Shown: in pieces, positions 33,200 through 42,222 of the stretch
Position numbering within the stretch: the stretch's first letter is position 1
Layout: the number at the start of each line of letters is the position of its first letter
NCBI GenBank assembly: GCA_965223795.1
Contig: CBDCXL010000001.1
Location: 352,001-416,000, forward strand
Direction: 5' to 3'
Length of the DNA stretch: 64,000 nucleotides
Origin: Nitrospinales bacterium
GTDB lineage: Bacteria; Nitrospinota; Nitrospinia; Nitrospinales; VA-1
The notes under the pieces: model-generated
The model's input: the letters and a program-made list of their open reading frames with translations, nothing else
Told to the model about the DNA's origin: nothing
The model's database searches: none
Made by a program: the position numbers and the translations under genes

Positions 33200-33242
33200 T
33201 GTCACCCTGAGCCCTTCGTCCTTCGACAAGCTCAGCATGACA
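33200..33242 (-). repeat. REP-like palindrome family copy between convergent genes
   Basis: Reverse complement TGTCATGCTGAGCTTGTCGAAGGACGAAGGGCTCAGGGTGACA. Confidence 0.8.
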
Positions 33243-33267
33243 GTTGCAAAGGTCTCCATTAGAGCCG

Positions 33268-34014
33268 TCATGCGTCCTCATACACCACTCTCACCAGGCA
33301 CAGGCCCTGGGGCTGGGCGGTGGGGCCGGCCTGTTTGCGGTCCTTCGACGCCATGATGGCGCCGACCCGCTCGGGCGTCATCTTGCCGCGCCCGACCAGA
33401 ACGAGGGTGCCGACGATGTTGCGCACCATGTGCTTCAAAAACCCGTCGCCCTCGAAAATAAGGTCGATGAACTCCCCCCTGCGTTCGATGTCGATGCGGT
33501 GCAGCGTGCGCACCGGGCTTTTGGCTTCGCAGTTGGCGGCGCGCACGGCGGAAAAATCACGCTTGCCCTCGAAATGCGCTTTCGCTTCGATCATCGCGTC
33601 CAGATCGAGCGGCTTCTGGATGTACAGGCAGCGCCCGGCGGACAGGGCGGAAGGGTGGTCGCGGTTGAGGATGGTGTAGCGGTAGATCTTGCGCACCGCC
33701 AGCATCTGGGCGTGGAAATCGTCCGGCACGTCCTCGACGGATTTGACGACGATGTCTTTGGGCAGCAGGCTGTTGAACGCTTTGAGCAGCTCATCCGTTG
33801 TCATGGTCGACCCGGTGCGGAAATGGGCCACCTGCCCTTCCGCGTGCACGCCCGCGTCGGTGCGGCCGGAAGCCACGACGGCTTTTTCCTCGCCGGTGAT
33901 CTTGGTGAGGCAGGACTGCATCAGGCCCTGGATGGTGGTGCCGTTGGGCTGCAACTGCCAGCCGCTGTACCGGCCGCCGTCGTACTCGATGACGATTTTC
34001 AATTTCCGTGTCAA
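33268..34014 (-). CDS. truA: tRNA pseudouridine(38-40) synthase
   Basis: EYDGGRYSGWQ, SGRTDAGVHA, GFLKHMVRNIVG, TAQPQGL; TTG start after GGGAG. Confidence 0.95.
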   Translation of the reverse strand: MTRKLKIVIEYDGGRYSGWQLQPNGTTIQGLMQSCLTKITGEEKAVVASGRTDAGVHAEGQVAHFRTGSTMTTDELLKAFNSLLPKDIVVKSVEDVPDDFHAQMLAVRKIYRYTILNRDHPSALSAGRCLYIQKPLDLDAMIEAKAHFEGKRDFSAVRAANCEAKSPVRTLHRIDIERRGEFIDLIFEGDGFLKHMVRNIVGTLVLVGRGKMTPERVGAIMASKDRKQAGPTAQPQGLCLVRVVYEDA

Positions 34015-34029
34015 TGGAGCTCCCGCAAG

Positions 34030-34075
34030 CAAAAAAAACGCGCTGCCTGCCGCTCAGCGCGTTTCTTCTTTTTTC
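34030..34075. terminator. Bidirectional Rho-independent terminator just upstream of truA
   Basis: A8-CGCGCTG-loop-CAGCGCG-TTTCTTCTTTTTT. Confidence 0.8.
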
Positions 34076-34210
34076 TGGCCCCGGCTGCATCCTCGGGGAC
34101 CGTTCCTGTTTATACAGGAACCTCGTTTTCTAACTGTCAACTTTCTCGAAAGGTGGACTCACAGCTCCTCTAAACCTCCTGCTGGTCAGTCAGTCTCAAA
34201 CCCTCCACTC
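34030..34210 (-). ncRNA. Candidate structured sRNA (GGA-rich, CsrB/Rsm-like)
   Basis: Promoter-like TTGCGC-16-TATATT upstream, five GGA motifs, several hairpins, ends in a terminator. Confidence 0.35.
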
Positions 34211-34249
34211 AAAATATAGTCCCGTTTTTTTCCCGCGCAAGATCTTTTT

Positions 34250-36385
34250 TCAAGTTTTCAGCAGGCTCGAAAAGGGCCGCTGTCCGGTCAGCAGCAGCGC
34301 GTCCTGGGCGCGGGTGATGGCGACGTACAGCAGGTTGCGGCTCTCGGTTTTGCGGTGGGGATAGTTTTCCTCATCGGGATCGACGATGGCCACGGCGTCG
34401 AATTCCAGCCCCTTCACCTGGTGAATGTTGGTCACCAGAACGCCGGGCTCGAAGGAGAACTGGCTGCGGTAGCCGAGCCGCAGTCCTTCGGGGATCATCT
34501 CTTCAAGGTCTTCCTTCAGCTCCATGGCCTGTTTGGGATAGCGGCAGATGAGCGCGATCAGCCGGTTGGGGTCTTCCTTGAGCAGCGTGCCGGTCCAGTC
34601 GGCCAGAGTCTCGAGCACGGCGTCGCGGTCTTCGGCGCGCCGCCACACGGGATGCGGTCCCGGCCGGCCTTCCACAGGCTGGCTGGTGCCGGCGACGCGG
34701 TGCGCCAGCTCCATGATGGGAACGGTGCAGCGGAACGAGACCTGAAGCTGGATGAGGTCGGAAGCGTCCATTTCGAGGTGATGCACGATGCGCTCCCAGC
34801 CGATGAATTTGCGCGTGAACAGGATTTTCTGGCTGACGTCGCCGACGATGGTGAGGTGGCGCGGGTCGTGCACGGCGTGCTTCATGACGGAGAACTCCAC
34901 CGGGCCGAAATCCTGCACCTCGTCGATCACCAGATGATCGAGGACCATGGGCAGGCCGTTCTTGCCGGGCAGTCCGCCGTTTTTGAGCTGGATGTTCTTG
35001 AGCAGCAGCGACAGGTCGAAATAGTCCAGGGTGTGGCTCTTGCGGTTCTTTTCGGTCACTTTTTTAAGATACGCCAGGTGCTCGCCGCGTTTGGGATGCG
35101 GCTTGAGGTGCGCCTTGAGGCCGTGTTCGTCGCACAGCAGATCGTAGATGTCGCCCGCATGGTCTTCCAGGGCATCGAGCCGCGCTTTCAGATCGGCAAG
35201 GTGTTTCTTTTTCTCCGGCTCCGGCAGGGTCGCGTCCTTCACATCCTGCATGAAATCGCGCAGGCGCGGGAGCGGTGGCTTGGCGGCGCTTTCGATCCAC
35301 AGGCGGCGCAGCGTCTCCCGGTTCTGAAACTGCTCGCGCAGCAGGCGGTCGGTCTCCCCGGCCTGCTTATCGACGCGCGCCGACAGGGCGTTCAGGATCT
35401 CCTCGGAGAATTTGATGGTCTCGACGAACTCGGGCAGGTTGAAGAATTTGAAATTCGGCGGCCGGCGCATGGCGTTGCGGATGATGGCGAACGCCCAGGC
35501 GTTGAAGGTCGTGGTCTCGACGCCTTCGATTCCCATCGACGGCAGGGTGGCGCTGACGTACATCTGCAGGGCCTTGTTCATGACGACGACGCGGGTGTTT
35601 TCCGGCAGGGCCTGCGAGTTTTCGCCGTGCAGCAGCCAGGCGAGCCGGTGCAGCGCCACGGTGGTTTTGCCGGAACCCGCCGAGCCCTGGATGATGACCG
35701 GGCGGTGCGGATCGCTGGTGATCATCTGGAACTGGTCTTTTGTGATCAATGAAAGAATGCTGGGCAGGCGCTTTTCCCGGCTGTGCGCGGCGCGCGAACG
35801 ATGGGCGGCGATCTCGGCGTCGACGTCGAGCTTGATCCAGCCGCTTTCGTTGCAGTGGAACACGCCTTCCGGCGTGTCGATCTGCACGAGGCGGCCGTTT
35901 TCGATCTTGTAGGAGCGGCGGATCTTGATGCGGCCGCTGCGCTCGCGGTCGTTGATGACCTCGTAGAATTCCTCGCCCTGCTTGTAGTTGAAATACAGGG
36001 CGGAGATGGGGCCGTTGCGCCAGTCGACGATGCCGGAGTGGACGTTGCCCTTCTTGCCGATCAGAAACGCCACTTCCTTGCCGTCGTCCTCGGCGGTGAC
36101 GACGCGGCCGAAATAGGGCTCCTCGATCAGCTGCTTCAACACGCTGTCGCTTTCCTTGCGGATGTCCACCACGCGGTGGGCCACGGCTTCGTCGGAGACG
36201 AGGGGCTGCCGTTCTTCCGGATTCCACTCGTTGGTGACTTTCGAGGTCAGGCTGCGGGCGGACTGGTTGGCGGCGATCTTCGCCGCCTGCGCCTGGGGCA
36301 GCTCCTCGCAGAGCGATCGGATCGTTTTTTCAAACAATTTCTCTTCTTCGAGGACCAGCTTTTTTTCTTCTTCCGATAATTCCAT
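34250..36385 (-). CDS. HelD-like SF1 helicase/ATPase
   Basis: PYFGRV, IVDWRNGP, IQGSAGSGKTTVALHRLAWLL, DEVQD, VGDVSQ, KGLEFDAV, LYVAITRA. Confidence 0.85.
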   Translation of the reverse strand: MELSEEEKKLVLEEEKLFEKTIRSLCEELPQAQAAKIAANQSARSLTSKVTNEWNPEERQPLVSDEAVAHRVVDIRKESDSVLKQLIEEPYFGRVVTAEDDGKEVAFLIGKKGNVHSGIVDWRNGPISALYFNYKQGEEFYEVINDRERSGRIKIRRSYKIENGRLVQIDTPEGVFHCNESGWIKLDVDAEIAAHRSRAAHSREKRLPSILSLITKDQFQMITSDPHRPVIIQGSAGSGKTTVALHRLAWLLHGENSQALPENTRVVVMNKALQMYVSATLPSMGIEGVETTTFNAWAFAIIRNAMRRPPNFKFFNLPEFVETIKFSEEILNALSARVDKQAGETDRLLREQFQNRETLRRLWIESAAKPPLPRLRDFMQDVKDATLPEPEKKKHLADLKARLDALEDHAGDIYDLLCDEHGLKAHLKPHPKRGEHLAYLKKVTEKNRKSHTLDYFDLSLLLKNIQLKNGGLPGKNGLPMVLDHLVIDEVQDFGPVEFSVMKHAVHDPRHLTIVGDVSQKILFTRKFIGWERIVHHLEMDASDLIQLQVSFRCTVPIMELAHRVAGTSQPVEGRPGPHPVWRRAEDRDAVLETLADWTGTLLKEDPNRLIALICRYPKQAMELKEDLEEMIPEGLRLGYRSQFSFEPGVLVTNIHQVKGLEFDAVAIVDPDEENYPHRKTESRNLLYVAITRAQDALLLTGQRPFSSLLKT

Positions 36386-36630
36386 CACCGCATCCGAAAA
36401 TAGTGGGGTCCGGGCCGCCCGAAACACCTAAACCTGCTAATCTAGATCAGAAACTCAGCCGCGGTCAATGATAAAAAGCGCCGTTGTTTGAAGGGGCCGC
36501 GGGCGGTCCTGAAAACCGCCGGTTTGCCGCCAAAGAACCCCTTTGCAAGCGAAAAATTTTCCGATATCATAGAGGGCAAAATTTTCCATTTCATTTAATT
36601 CCAGATATTTGTGGATTCTCAGGAGCCATC

Positions 36631-37533
36631 ATGAAAACTTACGAAGATTTGGCTGGAGACGGCGGTTCCGGCATCGTCAGCCAGGTCGTCTCGAAACTGG
36701 AGAAATTGCGCGGACGGCTGGACAAGATCAAGCACAAGGTCGCGCTGATGAGCGGCAAGGGCGGCGTCGGCAAAAGTTCGCTCACCGCGAACATCGCCGC
36801 CTGCCTGACCGCAAAAGGCCATAAAGTCGGCATTCTCGACGCGGATCTCAACGGCCCCAGCATCGGGCACCTGCTGGGCGTCGGCAACGACATGAAACTC
36901 AAGGTGGACGAGGACGGCGTCTTTCCCGGCGAAGGGGCTCAGGGAATCAAGATCATGTCGATGGACATGCTACTCACGGGTTCGGACACGCCGGTGATGT
37001 GGACGGAGGACAAGGGCGCCACGGCGGTGTGGGTGAGCACGATGGAATCGACGGCGCTCAGGGAGCTGCTGGCGGACACGCACTGGGGTGAGCTGGACTT
37101 TCTGCTCATCGACATGCCGCCGGGCTCGGACCGCATGGACAACATCCGCGAGCTCATTCCGGAGCTGGAAGGCGTCGTGGAGATCACGATTCCCTCGCCG
37201 CTGTCACAGCACATCGTGTCGAAGTCCATCACCAAGAACAACATGATGGGGGTTCCGGTCATCGGGCTGATCGAAAACATGGCCACCTATGTCTGCCCCA
37301 ACTGCGACTGCGAGAGCAAGCTGTTCGAGGGCGAGGACGTGCAGGAGCTGACGGGGCGCAAGGGCGTGCCCTACATCGGCAAGATCCCGTTCGACACGCG
37401 CGTTTCCAGAAAAACCGACTCCGGGTCGCTGTTCTACACGGAACACGCGGACTCGCCGACCGGCAGGGCGATCGCCGCGGCGGTGGACAACATTCTCAAA
37501 TTCATTGAAACGAATTCCCAAAAGGGGGCGTGA
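36631..37533 (+). CDS. Mrp/NBP35 (ApbC-like) P-loop ATPase, variant
   Basis: SGKGGVGKS, DADLNGPS, DMPPG, ENM…CPNC. Confidence 0.88.
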   Translation: MKTYEDLAGDGGSGIVSQVVSKLEKLRGRLDKIKHKVALMSGKGGVGKSSLTANIAACLTAKGHKVGILDADLNGPSIGHLLGVGNDMKLKVDEDGVFPGEGAQGIKIMSMDMLLTGSDTPVMWTEDKGATAVWVSTMESTALRELLADTHWGELDFLLIDMPPGSDRMDNIRELIPELEGVVEITIPSPLSQHIVSKSITKNNMMGVPVIGLIENMATYVCPNCDCESKLFEGEDVQELTGRKGVPYIGKIPFDTRVSRKTDSGSLFYTEHADSPTGRAIAAAVDNILKFIETNSQKGA

Positions 37534-37967
37534 TGAAATTTTTATGCATTCCTTGCGATGAGCAGATGGAAACCCAGACCGACGGCATCATGCCGGACGA
37601 GTCGAAAAATCTGGCGATGAAGTTCAAGTGCAAAAAGTGCGGCCACATGATCGCCATGCTGACCAACAAGTTCGAGACGGAGTTCGTCAGCAAGCTGGGC
37701 GTGGAGATGGGCGGTGCGTCGCCGGAAGGCAAGGCGCCGCTCAGCGTGGTCGGGACGCAGCTCGCTCAGGCCAAGGAAGAACTCAGCAAGGGCAATCCAG
37801 AAGACAATCTGATCTGGACGGAAGAAGCGCAGCAGCGGATCAAGCGGGTGCCGTTTTTCGTGCGTAACATGGCCAAGAAAACGGTGATCAATTTCGCGCT
37901 GGAAAAAGGCGTCACCACCATCGACGCGAAGCTGATGGACGAGGTGCGCGAAAAGGTCGGCATGTAG
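37530..37967 (+). CDS. Zn-ribbon plus PCP_red-like (BchB/ChlB C-terminal) domain protein
   Basis: CIPC…CKKC; WTEEAQQRIKRVPFFVRNMAKK; overlaps the mrp stop codon. Confidence 0.75.
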   Translation: MMKFLCIPCDEQMETQTDGIMPDESKNLAMKFKCKKCGHMIAMLTNKFETEFVSKLGVEMGGASPEGKAPLSVVGTQLAQAKEELSKGNPEDNLIWTEEAQQRIKRVPFFVRNMAKKTVINFALEKGVTTIDAKLMDEVREKVGM

Positions 37968-38053
37968 CGGGTCCCACCGGCTGGAAACAGGCCCCGACTG
38001 CGGAAAGCCGCAGGAAAGCACGTTCGCTTTTTACGATTGCACTTCGCGGCGCA

Positions 38054-38440
38054 TCAGCACCCGTAACGCCAGCGGCGGTGATGATGGCGGTGGCCCCAGT
38101 AATATCGCGGCCCCCAGTAATAGCCGGGATAATAATCGTATCTGGAAGAGTACGAGCGGGTGGCCTTGCAGGAGCTGAAGCCGTCGTCCCAGCCGTGCTT
38201 GTAGAGGTCGTCCGCGCCGTAGCGGCCCCGGTCCTTCTGAAAAACGTAACTGCTGTATCCGGCGGAGACATAGCCGCTGTCGCAGCCGTCTTTGTAGCCC
38301 ACACGGTAGCCCACCGGCTGGTGCGCGCCCACGGCCCGGTCCACATCCTCGATGGACGTGGTTCTCGGCCCGCCGTAGTCGTACGTCGCGCAACCGGTGA
38401 ACAGAATTCCGCAAACAACCGCGAATCCGATTTTCTTCAT
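38054..38440 (-). CDS. Lipoprotein, paralog A
   Basis: Lipobox FTGC; YKDGCDSG…YKHGWDDGFSSC; Y/W/H-rich tail. Confidence 0.75.
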   Translation of the reverse strand: MKKIGFAVVCGILFTGCATYDYGGPRTTSIEDVDRAVGAHQPVGYRVGYKDGCDSGYVSAGYSSYVFQKDRGRYGADDLYKHGWDDGFSSCKATRSYSSRYDYYPGYYWGPRYYWGHRHHHRRWRYGC

Positions 38441-38594
38441 ATCGCCCCTGCTCTTTCCGGGCCTTGCCCTGTTGAGTCCGCGTCCCCAGCCTCAACGTCC
38501 TGAATTTTGAATATTCAAACTTATCGCTAAATTGTGGAAACGTCAATATGTGTTGCGTTTGCGTTTCGCGCTCTCACCCGGCGGCGTTTCGCCA

Positions 38595-39257
38595 TCATTT
38601 CCTGTGTTTCCAGCTTCGGAATCCACGGTGCTTGTGATGATGGCGGCTTTTGTGCCGCAGATGCCGTTTGAAACCCGACTTCCCTTTCGGGTTCGATTTC
38701 CGCAATTGATGTTTATGCTTATGATCGCCGCTGCTTTTATGCCGAATCTGGTGATTCCTGCTGTGGCTGTGGCGCTTTTCGTGCCGCAGGTGCCGGTCGT
38801 GGTGGTGCCGCCGGGGACTCCGGGGCTGAATGCGCGTCTCATGGCGGTGATGTTTCGGTCCGGGATGGCGCAGGTGTTTTTTGGGCCGGTGGAAGCGGCG
38901 GTCCCGGTTATAATAGCCCCAATACGAACCGGGCCAGCCGTAGTCGTAATAGCTGTAGCGGGTGGGATAGAGGTGCGCGCGGCTGCAGGCGTTGAAGCCG
39001 TCGTCCCAGCCATGACGGTATAAATCGTCCGCGCCGTAGCGGAGGGTGTCCTTGCGGATGGCGTATCCCGTGATGCCCGCGGAGACGTAGCCGCTGTCGC
39101 AGCCGTCCTTGTAGCCCGCACGGTATTCCACCGGCTGGTGCGCGCCCACGGCCCGGTCCACGTCCTCGATGGAAGTGGCTCTCGGTCCGCCGGTGTCGTA
39201 CGTCGCGCAGCCGGTGAATCCCAACGCGCACACGACGGCGATCGCGATCTTCTTCAT
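38595..39257 (-). CDS. Lipoprotein, paralog B, with His/Arg/Lys-rich tail
   Basis: Same core as 38054-38440 plus about 100 aa H/R/K-rich extension. Confidence 0.72.
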   Translation of the reverse strand: MKKIAIAVVCALGFTGCATYDTGGPRATSIEDVDRAVGAHQPVEYRAGYKDGCDSGYVSAGITGYAIRKDTLRYGADDLYRHGWDDGFNACSRAHLYPTRYSYYDYGWPGSYWGYYNRDRRFHRPKKHLRHPGPKHHRHETRIQPRSPRRHHHDRHLRHEKRHSHSRNHQIRHKSSGDHKHKHQLRKSNPKGKSGFKRHLRHKSRHHHKHRGFRSWKHRK

Positions 39258-39560
39258 ATCGCCCCTGCTCCTTCCGGGCTTCGCCCTGTTGAGTCCGCGT
39301 CCCCAGATCAACGTGGTTCTGTCCTGAATCTTCAACCGTATCGCTAAACCGCGACTTCGTCAACGGCCCATTCCGGCGCGAAAAATTTCAGCAAAACCAG
39401 GCATTTGAATCGCTTTTTCGCGGCGCTGGAGCGGTTCCGCCGGTTCGCCGGAGTGAATTATTTTTGTGCGCGCACGGGTATGGGGTACAGTAAAGCGGTG
39501 TACGCCTGATTTCACGGAGGCCCGCCCGCCGTCCAAGCGGGCGGCACGAAAGGAGACCGC

Positions 39561-40082
39561 ATGCTGAAAAAAATTCTCATCGCTTTTCTGGCTGTGGCCG
39601 GGATCGTGGTGGCCATCGGCCTGTTTTTGCCCAATCAATACTCGGTCAGCCGGTCCACGGTCATCGATGCCAAGCCGGAAAAAATCCATAAATTTGTCGG
39701 CGACCTGAAACAATGGGACGCCTGGGAACCCTGGCGGGAAGGCGACCCCTCTCTGGTGGTCACGCTCGGCGACAAAACCTCCGGCGTCGGCGCGAGCCAG
39801 TCCTGGATGGGACAGGGCGGCGACGGCCGGCTGGTGTTCACCGAGTCCTCGCCCAAGACCGGGGTGAAATACGATCTGTTCTTCCGGCAGGACAAGGACA
39901 AATGCAAAAGCGCGGTCATTTACACGCCCGGAGAGGCGAATACCCAGGTGCTGTGGAAGATGGACGGGACAATGGAGATCCCCGTGCTCGGCGGCTACAT
40001 GGCGATGATGATGGACAGCATGGTGGGGCCGATGTTCGAGAACGGCCTCGCCAAGTTGAAAAAAGCCGCCGAGGCGGCGTGA
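39561..40082 (+). CDS. SRPBCC/polyketide-cyclase family membrane-anchored protein
   Basis: VSRSTVIDAKPEKI…WDAWEPW…FENGLAKLK. Confidence 0.85.
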   Translation: MLKKILIAFLAVAGIVVAIGLFLPNQYSVSRSTVIDAKPEKIHKFVGDLKQWDAWEPWREGDPSLVVTLGDKTSGVGASQSWMGQGGDGRLVFTESSPKTGVKYDLFFRQDKDKCKSAVIYTPGEANTQVLWKMDGTMEIPVLGGYMAMMMDSMVGPMFENGLAKLKKAAEAA

Positions 40083-40086
40083 ACCG

Positions 40087-40503
40087 GTGACCGTGCAACC
40101 GCAGGGAAAGATCATCGGCAGCGCGCCCATCCTGCTGGTCGCCGACGTTCAGGCTGCGGCGGATCACTACCGCGACAAGCTCGGCTTTCGCTACGAACGC
40201 TTCTGGGGCGAGCCGCCCTGCTTCTGCATGCCGGTGCGCGACGGGCACGTGGTGATGCTGAGCCAGGTGGACGACCCCGGACACATCGTTCCGCATTACA
40301 AGGTGGTGGAGAAAATGTGGAACGTGTATTTCTGGGTGGATGATGTGGAGGCGGTGTACCGCGAGCTGAAGGAACGCGGCGCCACGATCGATTACGACCT
40401 CTGCACCCAGCCCTACGGCGTCAAGGAGTTCGGCGTGCAGGACCTGGACGGCTACGACCTCGCGTTCGGGCAGGACCTGGAAAACGAACCCGCCGGCTCC
40501 TGA
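40087..40503 (+). CDS. VOC/glyoxalase family protein
   Basis: PILLVADV…YRDKLGF…QPYGVKEFGVQDLDG. Confidence 0.85.
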   Translation: MTVQPQGKIIGSAPILLVADVQAAADHYRDKLGFRYERFWGEPPCFCMPVRDGHVVMLSQVDDPGHIVPHYKVVEKMWNVYFWVDDVEAVYRELKERGATIDYDLCTQPYGVKEFGVQDLDGYDLAFGQDLENEPAGS

Positions 40504-40538
40504 CTCCCCTTCCCATAACTCAACGATCTGTCTCTCAA

Positions 40539-41345
40539 CTAGGAACGATCGCGCCAGAACTTGAGCTCCGGCAGGGATCTCTGGTCGGAGTTGTTTCCGG
40601 TTTTGTCCAGCGCCTGGCTGTTCCAGTTTTCGATCGCCTTGTCGATGATGTCCTGGTACGGGTGGGTCGCAGGCGATCCCAGCGTCGCGGTCTTTTCGGC
40701 CTGGTTGTCCACTCCGTAGGACCACAGGAACGCGCCCAGCTGATGCTTGTAGCAGCGGGATTTTTCGTCGAGGCACACCGGAACGTCGATGACGTTCGCC
40801 GCTCGTTTGAAATCTCCGGCCGGCGACAGGCACAGCACCGCCGGTTCGGACCGGTCCCGGTTTGAACTGCCTGTGAATACACGGGCCGTTTCCTGAGAAA
40901 ACGTTCCGCAGGTGCGCCGTTCTTCGATCGTGTATTTGGGAAAGGTGAGAGCGGAATCTTCTTCGGCGCCGATATAGCCCCACGTGGACGCCTGATTCAA
41001 TTTCGTGCCCGACTGGTCCACGGCCCAGCCTTCCGAGGTTTCCCGCTGCTTCATCTGCAGAGGCGTCGTGTCCCCTTCCCTGCCTGTGGCCGGATCCAGA
41101 TCCTGAAGGATCTGCACGAAAGCAATCCGGTCACATTCGCACTGGATGGCACAACCGGGTGTGTCCGGGTCGAAACTGACGCGGCTGATGGAGCGGTCCT
41201 CTGTGGGGTGCAAATGCGAGCTGAGCTTGAAGTTGGTGCAGTCCGGTTCGGACACAGTGCGCACGGTCTCCGTGCACGCGGCAATGAAAGGGATCAACGT
41301 CAACGCCAGAATGAAACGGATTCTATTGCGTGCGGTTGTATTCAT
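40539..41345 (-). CDS. Hypothetical Cys-rich lipoprotein
   Basis: Lipobox IAAC; GGAG RBS; multiple Cys. Confidence 0.65.
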   Translation of the reverse strand: MNTTARNRIRFILALTLIPFIAACTETVRTVSEPDCTNFKLSSHLHPTEDRSISRVSFDPDTPGCAIQCECDRIAFVQILQDLDPATGREGDTTPLQMKQRETSEGWAVDQSGTKLNQASTWGYIGAEEDSALTFPKYTIEERRTCGTFSQETARVFTGSSNRDRSEPAVLCLSPAGDFKRAANVIDVPVCLDEKSRCYKHQLGAFLWSYGVDNQAEKTATLGSPATHPYQDIIDKAIENWNSQALDKTGNNSDQRSLPELKFWRDRS

Positions 41346-41784
41346 GCTTTCTCCTGTTCAGGCACCTTTTAGGGACAAGGCCCTCGCTGATTTTTAGTTT
41401 TTCAGGTAAATAGTTGCAATATACAGGCCAACGAAAAAATGCTTCACCGCAAATGCAGTTGCTCTCACGCGTTCCCAGTGGTGTCGCTGCCCGGTCATTC
41501 CGATCCAGGATGAACAGCAAGCGGGGAATTTTTCCGCTATCGGATTCAATTGTTTGGTTTACAGGGATCTCGTTCCTCCGGCCGCAGTGCGTTGCCCGCA
41601 TGGTCCGCGGCCGGATGTTGCAGTCGAAGAATTGCCGGTTTTGATATTCCCCGCCGAACGATCGCGCTTGCCCATAGAACAACTCCGGCTCAAATCCCCC
41701 GCCCGTGGTGCATATAGCCCGCTGTCTCCGGTTCATTGAGTTCATTCCCCGCTGCCTGGGATTGATTTTTATTCCTTTAGCGTT

Positions 41785-41800
41785 TGGCACAGACAATGCA
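41785..41800 (+). promoter_or_regulatory. Putative sigma54 promoter of the entericidin gene
   Basis: TGGCACAGACAATGCA (GG-N10-GC), about 55 nt upstream of the ATG. Confidence 0.5.
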
Positions 41801-41854
41801 TTTATCTGATCAAACAGACTTGGATCGATTTCATTGAATCACAGGAGAAAAAAC

Positions 41855-41998
41855 ATGAACAGCAAACTTGCAGCATATTGCCTCATCGCCCTGTTTTTCC
41901 TGGGCACGGTCGCCGCATGCAACACCACCCGCGGTGTGGGTGAGGATATGGAAGCGGTCGGCAAAACCATCGCCGAGGAAGCGGAAGAGCATAAGTAA
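41855..41998 (+). CDS. Entericidin EcnA/B family lipoprotein (47 aa, below the ORF-track cutoff)
   Basis: MNSKLAAYCLIALFFLGTVAA-CNTTRGVGEDMEAVGKTIAEEAEEHK; AGGAG RBS. Confidence 0.88.
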   Translation: MNSKLAAYCLIALFFLGTVAACNTTRGVGEDMEAVGKTIAEEAEEHK

Positions 41999-42057
41999 AC
42001 GGAATCAGGCGGGTTCCACTTGGCAAAGGTGCGGTGCACAGTGATGGAAATCCGCCG

Positions 42058-42084
42058 GCGGGGCGTTCGCGCCCCGTTTTTTTT
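42058..42084 (+). terminator. Rho-independent terminator
   Basis: CGGGGCG-TTCG-CGCCCCG followed by T8. Confidence 0.85.
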
Positions 42085-42222
42085 GCGCCCCATTCCCTTC
42101 TCCGATACCTTCCCGTAATTTTTTGATTATTCAGAGAAAACCATCGCGAGCGAAGCGCCGCGTTTCCTGATACAATTGGGTTGTCTTGGACTCGTGAACT
42201 GGAATCAGACGGGAAAATTGCA

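Noticed and set aside
41323..41796. 157-aa minus-strand ORF and overlapping small ORFs
   Set aside because: Atypical composition, no RBS or motif; region better explained as a divergent regulatory region
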